A DNA stretch of 64,000 bases. Source: an uncultured delta proteobacterium. Lineage in GTDB: Bacteria > Desulfobacterota > Desulfomonilia > Desulfomonilales > Desulfomonilaceae. Of the stretch, positions 9,704-21,187 are shown piece after piece (within the stretch, counting starts at the first letter, position 1; every line of letters begins with the position of its first letter). The stretch is taken from assembly GCA_963789265.1 (NCBI GenBank), contig CAWBKB010000003.1:160001-224000 (forward strand). The letters run 5' to 3'. The notes beneath the pieces are model-generated. The model made no database searches, had not been told where the DNA came from, and saw nothing but the letters and a program-made list of their open reading frames with translations. The position numbers and the translations under genes are program-made.

Positions 9704-10186
9704 ATGGCGCTTGAAATTGACATAGGACCAAGGATCAGACCACATCGGCCGGGCAATCGTTTGACCCTGAAACATCTCGCGAATAAGGTCGGCCGCACTG
9801 ACGCGTATTTTTCTCAGGTCGAAAACGGCCGCGTTTCTCCCTTTAAAGCAAGCTTGAAAAGAATCGCCGGCGAGTTGCAAACGAAGATTACCGATTTTTT
9901 CGTGGAGAGCCGGGAAAGACGAACCGTAGTTCTCGGGCCGGGTCAGCGGATCACGCTGTCGCTGGAGAGATGGTATGCAGAAATTCAGTCGCTGGTCGTG
10001 AACCCCAAGGACAAACGAATGCACCCGTTTCTCGCTACCATTCGGCCTGGAGGAGGCTCCCACGGCCTTTACACCCACTTGGATGAAGAATTCGGCCTGG
10101 TTTTAAAAAGGGAGCTGGAGATCGACCTTAATGGTGCGCTCCATCGGGTCAAGAAAAATGAGAGCTTTTATGTATACATTCAGTAA
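9704..10186 (+). pseudogene. XRE-HTH + cupin regulator, apparently degenerate and C-terminally truncated
   Basis: LTLKHLANKVG..AYFSQVENGRVSP; cupin H..EEFGLVL..ELEI ends at ESFY without the usual PH..N strand; several non-conservative changes. Confidence 0.6.
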
Positions 10187-10210
10187 CAGCCGGAATTTGC
10201 GGATGGCTTC

Positions 10211-10288
10211 GTGGGGTGGGCTTTCTAGCCCGCCATTGAACCGGAGTTTCCTCGGCAGGCTGTCCCGCGCCTCTCGGGACTGCCCCAC
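10211..10288. repeat. REP doublet (GTGG type) with mini-hairpin substitution
   Basis: GTGGGGTGGGCTTTCTAGCCCGCC ... GGCAGGCTG[TCCCGCGCCTCTCGGGA]CTGCCCCAC. Confidence 0.75.
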
Positions 10289-10477
10289 AAGACTGAATGG
10301 TTACGCTTTTATTACATTTTGTCCCAGCCTCATAGCTGGACCGATCCGGGCCAAGTGGACACCGTGGTGGTTTGGGTAATCAGTCCTCCCACGTTTTGAT
10401 TCTGTGTTGGCCCCACTGGCGTGAATCCGGGTTAAGTCCTGTCGACTAAAGGTTTTCACACAAGAAAGGAGGGTGAG

Positions 10478-11701
10478 ATGTATCGTAGAGCTGTCATAAT
10501 AGTGGGAATTGCAGTGTTGGTCGGCCTGTTGTGCGGTATACCCGTCCAAGCCAAAGATGCTCAACCGTTTCGCATCGGCGTATCGGTCTCATTGACCGGA
10601 GTGTTTGGCAAGGACGGTAGTCTGGTAAAAGATGCCTATACTCTCTGGAAGGATACAGTGAATGCGAAAGGGGGCATAAACGGCCATCCGATTAAGCTTA
10701 TTTTCTACGACGACAAGAGCGACAGTGCCACCGGAGCAAAGCTGACGGAACAGCTCATAGTCAGCGACAAGGTGGATCTGCTTCTTGGAGGATTCGGAAG
10801 CAACGCACTTTTCGCCGACAGTCCCGTAGCCGAGAAGTATGAATACCCACTGATCAGCGGAGGCGCAAGCTCGAACAAGCTGTTCGAACGAGGCTTCAAG
10901 TATTATTTTTCAACCTTGGGGAAGGCTACCGAAGAAGTTCGAGGCTGCGTTGATATGCTTGGAACCGTGAAGCCTAAACCCAAAACGGCCGCTATCATAG
11001 GCGCCGATATTTTGTTCACTTCGCTGGCCTGCGAAGGATTCAAGAAATATTGTAATGAAAACGGAATCAAAGTAATTCATTATGAGCTTTTTCCTATGGC
11101 CCTGGAGGACTACAATTCATTGCTTGCAAAAGTGAAGAATAAGAATCCTGACATACTCCTGGTGGGCTCTCATCTGCTTGTTGCGATGAAAACCATAAAG
11201 GCAATGAAAGAGATAGATTTCAGCCCGAAAGCAGTGGCATTCAGTTACGGACCAACCGTGCCGAAGTTCATCGAGGACCTGAAGGGTGATGCCGAATACG
11301 TCATAGCAGCTTCCGAGTGGACTCCCAATATGCCCTTCAAGGGCAAAGTCTTTGGATCTGCATCGGATTTCAACAAGCTCTACTTTGAAAAGTTCAAGAG
11401 GCATCCGGATTATGTGGAAGCTGCCTCCGCCGGTGGGGCTGTCGCACAACAGATGGTCGTTGAAGAACTGGCTCTCAAACCGCCCCTCACCAAGAAAGAC
11501 CGGCAAGCGATCATGGAAAAGCTCCACACCGGCACCTTTGACACATTTTACGGGAAAATCCACTTTGGGCCTGACGGTGCCAACGTGGCCCACCCACCTG
11601 TGGCAGTTCAGATCCAAAATGGAAAGCTGAAAAACGTTTTCCCTCTGAATTACGCAGAATCCAAGATTTGGTATCCCTTCAAACCTTGGAAGAAGCGCTG
11701 A
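10478..11701 (+). CDS. branched-chain amino acid-type ABC transporter substrate-binding protein
   Basis: Signal peptide; RIGVSVSLTG, NAKGGING, YDDKSD; RBS GGAGG. Confidence 0.92.
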   Translation: MYRRAVIIVGIAVLVGLLCGIPVQAKDAQPFRIGVSVSLTGVFGKDGSLVKDAYTLWKDTVNAKGGINGHPIKLIFYDDKSDSATGAKLTEQLIVSDKVDLLLGGFGSNALFADSPVAEKYEYPLISGGASSNKLFERGFKYYFSTLGKATEEVRGCVDMLGTVKPKPKTAAIIGADILFTSLACEGFKKYCNENGIKVIHYELFPMALEDYNSLLAKVKNKNPDILLVGSHLLVAMKTIKAMKEIDFSPKAVAFSYGPTVPKFIEDLKGDAEYVIAASEWTPNMPFKGKVFGSASDFNKLYFEKFKRHPDYVEAASAGGAVAQQMVVEELALKPPLTKKDRQAIMEKLHTGTFDTFYGKIHFGPDGANVAHPPVAVQIQNGKLKNVFPLNYAESKIWYPFKPWKKR

Positions 11702-11727
11702 GGACTGAGTACAAACGGGAGACACAA

Positions 11728-13210
11728 ATGGCTTTGCTACCTGAAGTCAGGCGGCATTACGGGAAATTGAAACTGCTGATCGACGGAGAGTGGGTGGATT
11801 CCAAATCCACCCACGTCCATGAAACTGTCAACCCGGCCACTGGAGAAGTTATCGCCGAATTTCCCACGGCCACCGAACAAGAAGCCAGAGCTGCAGTAGA
11901 GGCCGCCGGACGTGGCTTCGAAGCCATGAAGAAAATCCCCCTGCGCGAGCGCGCCAGGATGCTTTTCGACATGCGTCAGAGATTCGAGGAGCATTTTGAC
12001 GAGCTGACCAGAGTCCTTACTCAGGATCATGGACGAACCATAAAAGAGTCCACCGGCTCAGTGCGTCGGGTGATTGAAAATATCGAATCAGCATGCTCCG
12101 CGGCTTATGGTATGGCAGCCCGTAACGAACATATTGACGATCTGGCAAACGGCATCGACATGTGGTTAACATGGGAACCTGTGGGAGCTTTCCTTATTGT
12201 CACTCCCGGAAACATCCCCATGCACGCATGGTCCTCCTTTGTCCCGTATGCCTTGGCAGCAGGCTGTTCGGTGGTGGTCAGCCCCAGCCGTCAAGACCCG
12301 GTCGCGGCTGAATACATAGCCCGGGTTGCTCTGGAAGCCGGTTGGCCCAAAGGGGCGATCAACTTGATTCACGGAGGCCGAGAAATCAACAAATATATCC
12401 TTCGGCAGCCGGAAATTCGGGGCCTGGGCTTTATCGGCTCGACATACGCCGGCTCGGAGCTTTTCAAGCTCTGCGGCGAACTCGGCAAGAATTCCTCCAT
12501 CAACGGCAATGGGAAGAATACCGTGGTAATCATGCCGGACGTCGATATAGAGAACATCGTTCCTTATGTCCGCCAAGGATGTTTCGGCATGACGGGTCAG
12601 CGCTGCCTCGGCTCTGATAACGTGGTGGTGGTAGGAAACGTGTACAACGAATTCAGACGCCGATTCGCCGACGAAGCTCAAAGCATGAAGCTGGGTTATG
12701 GTTTGGATGAATCAACGGCAATGGGGCCGTACTGCACGGCAGCAGGTCGAGACAAAGTCGCCGCGTGGATTCAACGGGGCCTGAATGAGGGTGCGGCCAT
12801 AGTTCATGATGGGCGAGTTTTGGGGCCGGAAATGTCTCGTGGCTTTTTCATGGGGCCCACTATCGTCGAGAATATTCATCCAGATATGGAAGTCGCGAAA
12901 GAGGAGGCCTTTGGCGCGGTCGCCGGCCTTATTCGCGCAGAGAGTCTCGAGCAGGTGATCGAGTGGATCAATACCAAGACCGATTTGGGTCATTCCGCTT
13001 GCATCATGACGGAAAGCGGGCGACAGGCGCGGAAGTTCGCGCGGGAAGTCAACGTAGGCAATGTGGGCGTCAATGTTGGTGTTCCTCAGCCGTACGCCTT
13101 CTTCCCGCTTGGTTCGAAGCGGAAGTCTTTTCTCGGAGGGGCCAAAAGTAGGATGGCATCGATGAGGCTCTTTCTGGATGAAAAAACGGTGACCGCGAGG
13201 GTGGGTTTGA
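11728..13210 (+). CDS. CoA-acylating aldehyde dehydrogenase (methylmalonate-semialdehyde DH-like); apparent +1 indel ~13200, true end ..TARWV*
   Basis: ITPGNIP, FIGST, GQRC catalytic Cys, EEAFG, NVGVPQP..FFP; lacks the general-base Glu (SINGNGKN), as MMSDH does. Confidence 0.85.
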
Positions 13211-13273
13211 CTTCACCCTTCACTCAGGTGAGACATAGGCGCTAATTTAAGGGCAATTTCGCCGCCCTCAAGG

Positions 13274-13490
13274 TCCCCCTTTTCTAAAGGGGGATTAAGG
13301 GGGATTTCCAATGGGTTATCCAAAAATACTCACTACCCTTCTTCACAAAAAAGGGGTACAAATCGGCAAGTAGGCCCGCAACCCTTCATAAGGAATACGG
13401 TTCAACTTGTGTACGGCGTAGCCGGCAGGGACGTCGGCCCTACTATAACGCGGTATACCGGCCGCCGCGCCGGTTACAAAATCTGAACCC
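13274..13490. repeat. palindromic repeat cluster inside the operon
   Basis: CCCCCTTTTCTAAAGGGGGATTAAGGGGGATT; GGTTCAACTTGTG...ACAAAATCTGAACC bracketing GC hairpins. Confidence 0.7.
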
Positions 13491-13511
13491 GATTCCGTCG
13501 TGTTATAAAAC

Positions 13512-14385
13512 ATGAGCACTGTCTTACTCCAAGCAATTATAAACGGGCTGCTCCTGGGCGGAGTTTATGCCGCCTACTCAGCGGGCTTTTCCCTGATTTT
13601 CGGGGTCATGGGCGTGGTGAATCTGGCCCACGGCGAATTGGTAATGCTGGGAGCCTTCACTTCCTATTGGATGTTCATATACCTGCATATAGATCCCTAC
13701 TGGACAATTCCCTTCGCCATGGCCTTCTTGTTCGTATTCGGTTACCTGGTGCAGAAATACATAATAAATCGCGTCATTGAGCAGCCGCACATAATGAGCT
13801 ACATTCTGACCTTCGGCATTCATCTTATGGTGGCCAATCTGGCCGTAAAACTCTGGACGCGTGATTTCAGGTCTGTGACCACTTCCTACTCAGGATTGAA
13901 CGCAGCCTTTTGGGGCCTTAACGTGCCCTTATCCAGGCTGATCACTTTTTGCTTGGCAATTCTGGTTGTCACGTTATTGTGGTTTTTTTTGGCCCGTACT
14001 GAAACCGGACGCGCAATCCGCGCTACCGCTATGGACAAGGACGTTGCGCGGCTCATGGGGGTCGACATCCGAGAGATCTATGCCGTTACCTTCGGAATTG
14101 GAGCCGCCATCACAGGGTTGGCAGGCGCTTCGATGAGTCCGTTTGTGATCATATTTCCGGAGATGGGCCTGCAGTACACAATAATCGCGTTCTGCGTGGT
14201 AGTCCTGGGAGGCATGGGCTATATGCCCGGGGCGCTGTGCGGGCGCGTTGATCCTCGGTGTGGCCCAGTCCCTGACCGCGACCTATCTGACCGCCGGACT
14301 CTCCGTGGCTATTACCTTTTTGATCCTATTTTTCATGTTGATCTTTCGACCCACCGGCATTGTGGGCAAAGGTCTCGTCACATAA
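13512..14385 (+). CDS. livH: ABC permease LivH-like (apparent +1 indel ~14238)
   Basis: GVMGVVNLAHGE, GRAIRA..D...ARLMGV, VVLGGMG; continues GALILGVAQSLT...RPTGIVGKG*. Confidence 0.88.
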
Positions 14386-14446
14386 AGCCCCCGCCGGCGA
14401 TAAATCGGTCCGTGGCTTCCTGAATCAGATTCGCCTCGATAGGTCA

Positions 14447-15382
14447 ATGAAAAAATTTTGGATATTCTTCATTTCTCTTTCTGCGGCAGTGGCTCTGTTT
14501 CCACTGGTAATCACTTCTGAGTACGCTGTGCGCGTCGCGGCCATAGTGCTCCTCTGGATCGGTATGGCCGGCTGCTGGAATCTCATGAGCGGCTACACGG
14601 GCTACATTGATTTCGGGCCTGTGGTCTATTTCGGTCTGGGCTCATACGCCACAGCCATTCTAATGACCAAGTGGACGCTCCCGTTTATCCCGTCGGTCAT
14701 CATTGCCGGAATAACGGCTGCCATCATCGCCATCCCAATAGGTATTCCGACCTTGCGTCTCAAAGGCGCCTATTTTGCCATCGCTACCCTAGCATTCGCC
14801 GAGACGATGAAGGAGGTCGCCCTAGAATTCGATAGGACATTCGGCGTGACTTTTTTCGAGGGGAGTAATGGCATTACCCTGCCTCTGAGCCGTCATACCA
14901 ACCTGTTTTTCTTCTATTGTATTCTGGCAGTCACATTCGTGATTGTGCTGCTCCACTACAGCATCGAGCATTCAAAATTCGGGTACGGGCTCAAGGCCAT
15001 TCACGAAGCTGAGCTAGCCGCAGAAATTGCCGGAGTAAACACCACATGGCTAAAACTGAGGGCGTACGTGACCAGCGCGTTCTTTCTCGGATTATTAGGC
15101 GGCATCGAAGCCTATTGGATCACGTACATTACACCCGAAGACGTTTTCAACGTTCACAAGACAGTGCAGATGGTCATTATGACCCTGCTCGGAGGCATGG
15201 GTACGTTTCTAGGACCCATCGTGGGCGCTTCCTTTTTGACTCTCCTGTCGGAGTACTTGGGTGCCACGTTTGTGGAAGATTACATGATCCTGGTGGGAGC
15301 CATTATCATTATCATCATTCTCATTATGCCCAAGGGCATAATAGGAACGATAAAGGATCGGAGCGGCATTCGCTTCATTTGA
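14447..15382 (+). CDS. livM: ABC permease LivM-like
   Basis: WNLMSGYTGYIDFG, LRLKGAYFAIATLA, LLGGMGTFLGP. Confidence 0.92.
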   Translation: MKKFWIFFISLSAAVALFPLVITSEYAVRVAAIVLLWIGMAGCWNLMSGYTGYIDFGPVVYFGLGSYATAILMTKWTLPFIPSVIIAGITAAIIAIPIGIPTLRLKGAYFAIATLAFAETMKEVALEFDRTFGVTFFEGSNGITLPLSRHTNLFFFYCILAVTFVIVLLHYSIEHSKFGYGLKAIHEAELAAEIAGVNTTWLKLRAYVTSAFFLGLLGGIEAYWITYITPEDVFNVHKTVQMVIMTLLGGMGTFLGPIVGASFLTLLSEYLGATFVEDYMILVGAIIIIIILIMPKGIIGTIKDRSGIRFI

Positions 15383-15431
15383 CGGACGTGCTGACGGCTT
15401 TTCACAAAATGTTACTGTTTACCCGAACTTT

Positions 15432-15502
15432 GTGACCGGCATCCCACGTCTCGCGGGACCGGTCCTACCGGGCTCACAGTAGAGCCGGCGTCCTTGCCGG
15501 CC
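15432..15502. repeat. REP-like pair with mini-hairpin substitution
   Basis: GACCGGCA[TCCCACGTCTCGCGGGA]CCGGTC and GTAGAGCCGGCGTCCTTGCCGGC. Confidence 0.65.
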
Positions 15503-15572
15503 AAGCCAAAAACTGGGTAAACCGTTTTCCCGCTGAACGGTTATCACAAAATGTTCCATGCAGGGTCGGTTC

Positions 15573-16310
15573 ATGGTTATTCTTGAGTGCAGCAATATCA
15601 CCAAGCGCTTCGGATCTCTGACAGCCGTTGAGATGGTGAGCTTTTCCCTTAACCGGGGGGAGATCCTGGGCATGATCGGCCCCAATGGAGCCGGAAAAAC
15701 TACGCTGTTCAATTGCCTAATCGGCGTCTACCGTCCGGATCACGGCCGAGTCCGCTTCAATGATCTCGACACAGTAGGGATGAGGCCCTACCGAATCTGT
15801 CGGCTGGGAATGGCCAAGACATCTCAAATCATGGAACCATTTCGGGCCATGACGGTGTTCGAGAACGTCCTGGTTGGCGGACTTCACGGCGGACAGCTCA
15901 ATATGTCCCAAGCCAAGCGAGAAACCGCAAGCGTCCTGGAACTGGTTGGGCTATCCGAACACAGCAACAGGCCTTCCACTTCCCTCTCCGTTCCTGCTCG
16001 AAGGCGTTTGGAGTTGGCGCGGGCTCTGGTTACCGGTGCACAGGTGCTGCTTTTAGACGAAAATATGTGCGGGCTTAACCCACACGAAATCGACGAGGCC
16101 CTGGTACTCTTGCGCAAGATTCGCGATTCGGGAAAATCGCTTATAGTTGTCGAACACATCATGCGAGCGGTTATGGGTATATCGGACCGGATCATCGTGC
16201 TGAACTACGGAGCCAAGATAGCAGAAGGCACGCCCCGCGACGTGGTTAACGACGAGCAAGTCATACAAGCTTATTTGGGCGCCAAATCCTCTTCCGGCTC
16301 GCTGGCATAG
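15573..16310 (+). CDS. livG: ABC ATP-binding protein LivG-like
   Basis: GPNGAGKTT, LLLDE, VVEHIM, VIQAYLG. Confidence 0.92.
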   Translation: MVILECSNITKRFGSLTAVEMVSFSLNRGEILGMIGPNGAGKTTLFNCLIGVYRPDHGRVRFNDLDTVGMRPYRICRLGMAKTSQIMEPFRAMTVFENVLVGGLHGGQLNMSQAKRETASVLELVGLSEHSNRPSTSLSVPARRRLELARALVTGAQVLLLDENMCGLNPHEIDEALVLLRKIRDSGKSLIVVEHIMRAVMGISDRIIVLNYGAKIAEGTPRDVVNDEQVIQAYLGAKSSSGSLA

Positions 16311-16322
16311 GACCCGAACGGC

Positions 16323-17039
16323 ATGAATCAGGTGCTCTTGAAAATCAACCGGATCAACGTTTCTTACAAAGATGTTCAGATATTGCATGACGTAAGCCTC
16401 GAAGTAAGTAGGGGAGAAATAGTCACCGTCATCGGCCCCAACGGAGCTGGAAAGAGCACGCTCATGAATACCGTGGTCGGCTTTTTGCACCCGGGAACGG
16501 GATCGATCAGCTTTGGCAGCCGCTCCATTCAGCGTGAGCCGCCGGAAAAAGTAGTTCAGCTCGGTCTCACCATTGTGCCCGAGGGGGCTCGAGTCTTTTC
16601 AGAGATGAGTGTCATAGACAATCTGAAAATGGGTTCGTACGTAAAAACTGCGCGCGTGGAAAGAGAGAAGACTCTGGGAGAGGTATTCAGCTTCTTTCCA
16701 AGGCTGCATGAACGCATGCACCAGAAAGCCGGGACCTTGAGTGGAGGCGAACGACAAATGTTGGCAATCGGCCGGGCCCTGATGTCCAGACCGTCATTGT
16801 TGCTGCTCGACGAACCCTCCTTGGGGCTCGCACCCATCCTGGTGGCCAAGGTTTTCGAGACGGTCAAGAAAATTGCAGCCACTGGTCTGACTGTGCTGTT
16901 GGTGGAGCAGAATGTTCACGCTTCGTTGGAACTGGCGGATCGTGGGTACGTGCTGGAAAACGGCCGCGTTATAATGGAAGGGCCCAGCTCGGGACTTATG
17001 AGTAACGCGCACATCCGAAAATCATATCTCGCTATATAA
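16323..17039 (+). CDS. livF: ABC ATP-binding protein LivF-like
   Basis: GPNGAGKST, LSGGERQMLAI, LDEPSLGLAP. Confidence 0.93.
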   Translation: MNQVLLKINRINVSYKDVQILHDVSLEVSRGEIVTVIGPNGAGKSTLMNTVVGFLHPGTGSISFGSRSIQREPPEKVVQLGLTIVPEGARVFSEMSVIDNLKMGSYVKTARVEREKTLGEVFSFFPRLHERMHQKAGTLSGGERQMLAIGRALMSRPSLLLLDEPSLGLAPILVAKVFETVKKIAATGLTVLLVEQNVHASLELADRGYVLENGRVIMEGPSSGLMSNAHIRKSYLAI

Positions 17040-17052
17040 GAGGACATTCTTC

Positions 17053-17568
17053 ATGGACGAAAATCCTCAGGAAATTGTCACACCTTTCGTTACGATCACC
17101 TTTACCGTGAACGGAAAGCGTGTGGAGATTGATGTGAGACCTTGGGACACAGCTCTTGCGGTGCTTAGAGACCAATTGGGCCTGAAGGGTACCAAGGAAG
17201 GCTGCGGTATCGGTGAATGCGGCGCTTGCACTATTCTGGTGGATGGGCTCGCTGTGGACTCGTGTCTCATGTTGGCTCCAAAGTTGGACGGCAAGAAAGT
17301 GGAAACGGTTGAAGGGCTTCGCCAGGGCGAGACTCTCCACCCGCTCCAAGAAGCCTTTGTGGCCCGGGGCGCGGTTCAATGCGGGTATTGCACGCCCGGC
17401 ATGCTTATGTCCGCTAAGGCCCTTCTGGATCAAAACACGAGCCCGGATCGCAAGGAATTGGTAGGGGCGCTTGCCGGCAATTTGTGCCGCTGTACCGGCT
17501 ACGTTCAAATCATGGAGGCAGTTGAAGAGGCGGCGAAAACGCTGCGTGAAACCAAGACGTCATCGTAG
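17053..17568 (+). CDS. Mo-hydroxylase small 2x[2Fe-2S] subunit (CoxS/NdhS-like)
   Basis: GCGIGECGACT..SC; QCGYCTPG; GNLCRCTGY. Confidence 0.95.
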   Translation: MDENPQEIVTPFVTITFTVNGKRVEIDVRPWDTALAVLRDQLGLKGTKEGCGIGECGACTILVDGLAVDSCLMLAPKLDGKKVETVEGLRQGETLHPLQEAFVARGAVQCGYCTPGMLMSAKALLDQNTSPDRKELVGALAGNLCRCTGYVQIMEAVEEAAKTLRETKTSS

Positions 17569-17585
17569 CGAAGAACAGTGAATTC

Positions 17586-18461
17586 ATGAGATCCCACTTT
17601 GAATACGTGCAGCCTCGCTCCTTGAAGGAAGCTCTAGCCTTTCTCGCCGAACGCGGCTCTCAAACTTCTGTACTTGCCGGTGGAACCGATCTGATGATTG
17701 CCGTCAGAAATGGGGACATAGCAGCCGGATACGTGATGGATGTTTCCCAACTCGACGAGTTGCGGAAGCTCGAAACGGCAGACGGGGTCCTTTGGGTCGG
17801 AGCGGCTGTAACCTACACTGAAATCATTAGCAGCCCTCAGATAGCTCAATGCGCGCCGATACTGGCCGATGCCGCCGGGTATGTAGGCAGTGTTCAGATC
17901 CGCAATGTGGGAACCCTTGGCGGAAATGTTGCCAATGCCTCGCCGGCTGCGGACAGCGTGCCGCCTATGATGGTCCATCGGGCTCGTGTGCATATTCAGT
18001 CTGTCTCGTCGGAACGACAAGAGCCTTTAGAAAACGTTATCGTCGGGCCGTACCGCACCAGCCTGAGACCCGATGAACTCATAACCGGATTTGCTCTGGA
18101 GCCCTTGGGAGACGGGTACAACTGGAACTTTCAGAGGATCGCCAGGCGCAGGGCCCTGTCTGTGGCGAGAATCAACGCGGCGGCAATAGGACGGCTGGAC
18201 TCAAGAGGCAAGGTAGACGACTTGCGGCTTTCGGTTGGATCCATTACCCCCGAGCCTTCGAGAATGACCGCAGCGGAAGAACACTTGAAAGGAGAGGCCC
18301 CGAATCTCTTGCTCATACAAGAGGCTGCCGAAAAGGTATCGAAGGAGATGGTCCACAGGAGCGGAATGCGCTCTTCGACTGAATACAAACGTCCGGCCGT
18401 AGAGGGACTGGTAATAAAGGCGCTAACCGAGCTATTTATCAAGCAGGGTTCCGATGCATAA
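17586..18461 (+). CDS. Mo-hydroxylase FAD subunit (CoxM/NdhF-like)
   Basis: LAGGTDL, QIRNVGTLGGNVANASPAAD. Confidence 0.95.
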   Translation: MRSHFEYVQPRSLKEALAFLAERGSQTSVLAGGTDLMIAVRNGDIAAGYVMDVSQLDELRKLETADGVLWVGAAVTYTEIISSPQIAQCAPILADAAGYVGSVQIRNVGTLGGNVANASPAADSVPPMMVHRARVHIQSVSSERQEPLENVIVGPYRTSLRPDELITGFALEPLGDGYNWNFQRIARRRALSVARINAAAIGRLDSRGKVDDLRLSVGSITPEPSRMTAAEEHLKGEAPNLLLIQEAAEKVSKEMVHRSGMRSSTEYKRPAVEGLVIKALTELFIKQGSDA

Positions 18462-20762
18462 GGAAATCTTGAAGACTGTTGGTACAAGCGTTCAAAGAGT
18501 GGGAGCCTTGGAGCGGGTCACAGGTGAAGCTTCATTCGCCGCCGATCGGCATATCGAAGGCGCATTATCGCTTATGGCAGTCCGAAGCGATCGGCCCCAT
18601 GCCCGAATTGCCGGCATCGACCTGTCCCGGGCTTTGGAAGTACCCGGTTGCCTGCGCATCTTCACAGCGCGTGACATTCCCGGGCGCAACCGTCTCGGTA
18701 TCATCACTAAAGATCAACATCTGCTGGCTGAACACAAGGTGAGATGCGTCGGCGAACCCATAGCCTTGGTTGCTGCCGAAACCCCAGAGGCTGCACAACG
18801 AGCGGTTGAGTCGGTACGAGTTCTTACGAGAACTTGCCGCCCGTTTTCGATCCGGAAGAAGCGTTGAGGCCGGGAGCACCACTGATTCACGAAGGCGGGA
18901 ATTTGCTTGGCAGACGAGTGGTAAAACGCGGCAATCCCGATGCTGCTTTCAATAAGGCCGATGTGGTCATAGAACGCATTTATACCACGCCATACATCGA
19001 ACATTCATACCTGGAACCGGATGCAGGGCTCGCCTACGTGGCCCCGGACGGAACGCTTGTAATCCACGCGTCCACTCAGAATCCTCATTATGACCAAAAA
19101 GATGTCGCGGACTTGTTGGGGATAGAAGAGAGCAGGGTAAGAGTCCTACAGACAGCAACCGGCGGCGGGTTTGGTTCGAAGTTGGACCTGAACGTGCAGG
19201 GCTTCGTCGGGTTGGCGGCGTATCTTTTGAACAGGCCCGCGCGCATGGTTTACACGAGAGAAGAGGCCTATCTGTGTACCTCAAAACGCCATCCCCTTAA
19301 AATTTACTACAAGAGCGCCGCGACCCGGGACGGCAGGCTTATTGCCGCGAACATACGAATTATCGGTGACACAGGGGCCTATGCGTCTTACGGGTTGGCA
19401 GTAGTCACACGTACAGCGGTTCACTCCACGGGTCCGTACGAAATTCCGAATCTCTATTGTGAATCGCTGTTCGCGTACACCAACAATCCCATGGCTGGAG
19501 CCATGAGAGGCTTTGGTGTCCCTCAAGTGGCCTTCGCGCACGAATCGCAAATGGATATACTCGCCGAAGAGCTCGGCCTAGATCCACTGGAAATACGGCT
19601 AAGGAATTGCTATCGGATCGGTTCCCTTACAGCCACAAAACATGAGCTTGCGGCAAGTGTCGGTATAAGGGCCACGCTGGATGCAGTAGCCTCCTACTAT
19701 CACAGGAGCATAGAAGATAGGAAGGCTGCTGCCGAGCCGCACATGCGGAGGGGAGTCGGCCTTGGGTCCATGTTTTTCGGCATCGGCAACACCGGCGTAC
19801 AAAATCCGGCTACCGCACACATAGAATTGACCGAGGACGGGCGCGTAACCTTATTTTCCGGTGCTGCGGACGTGGGGCAAGGTTGCTCCACGGTGCTTAC
19901 TCAAATCGCCGCGGAGGAATTGCGGCTAAGCCCTGAAGATATTCGACTGGTGGCGGCAGACACCCTGCTCACTGCTTCGGCCGGGGCTTCCTCAGCCAGC
20001 CGTCAAACGTATATTTCCGGTAACGCCGTTTTGGAGGCTGCGAAAAAACTGAAGGATGTGCTACTGACCGAGGCGGCCATGATTCTCAGGATCGACCGCG
20101 CAGACCTGGCACTAGAGGCCGGTCGCGTCTATTCACAATCCGAGCCGGCAAAGGCTGTCTCATTTGAGCGCATCGCCCGGCGCGCACGTCGCACCGGGCT
20201 GCCCCTAAAATGGCAAGGATATTTCGATCCCATCACGACTTCTTTGGACTCCGAGACGGCTGAAGGAATCCCGTACGCGACCTATGCTTTTGCCACTCAT
20301 GTCGCAGAAGTTGAAGTGAACATGCTGTCGGGCGAAGTGCGAGTTTTGAGAATCGTTGCAGCTCATGACGTCGGCAAGGCGATCAATCCGCGGAACGTGC
20401 ACGGCCAGATTCACAGTGGAATTGCAATGGGGCTCGGTTTTGCCCTGATGGAGGAATTCATTCCCGGAAAGACTGAATCCATGAAGGATTATCACATACC
20501 TTCCTGCGCCGACATGCCGGAAGTGGTTTCCATTATTGTCGAAGACCCTGAACCTACCGGTCCTTTCGGGGCGAAAGGTGTGGGAGAGCCTGCACTTATC
20601 CCGACGGCTCCTGCCATATTGAACGCCATTGCGGATGCACTGGGCGTCCGAATCTACGATCTGCCGGCTAACTTGGAGCGGGTCCTTAAAGCTGCTTCGA
20701 CCGTGAAACAGGTCCATAACCAGAGCGCTCTCGAACAAGCAACAATCTTGGAAAGAAGTTAG
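18454..20762 (+). CDS. Mo-hydroxylase molybdopterin subunit, putative nicotinate dehydrogenase large subunit (apparent -1 indel ~18823)
   Basis: RSDRPHARI, GGGFGSK, AMRGFGVPQ, SASRQT, AHDVGKAINP, AKGVGEPA; context with enamidase and Hnr. Confidence 0.88.
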
Positions 20763-21123
20763 TAGGACGGGCATCTTGCCCGTCGTCATCCCCCGTTCGC
20801 GGGCTTCCAGGAGCTGCCTGAGCGTTGCTCTCAAACCGCCGGCACGGAGAAAGTGTCTCAAAACTATTTTGATGCCTGGAATCGTGCTACGATGTCAGCC
20901 CGGCGCTGAAGCACCAGGCTACTTTCTGTCGCCCCGATGGGGCTTAAATGCAAGCGTCCCGCAGGGACTGCAGATAGTAGCCCGACAATTCATTGCCGGG
21001 AAAAGCGAGCATCGTGCTACGAATTTCATTCATGGTTTGTTTTTGAGACAGTTTCCGGAGGCCGGCGCTACCTCCCAAATCAGGTCCGAGGTGACATGCG
21101 ACGGGCAAGATGCCCGTCCTACT
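20761..21123. repeat. nested repeat bracketed by perfect 25-bp inverted REP copies
   Basis: AGTAGGACGGGCATCTTGCCCGTCG (20761-20785) and its reverse complement (21099-21123). Confidence 0.88.
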
Positions 21124-21187
21124 GAAAAGCGAACAGGTTAAAACCGTGTGGCGCGCGGCCGAACATATTTGCCACAAAGGAGGGCTC

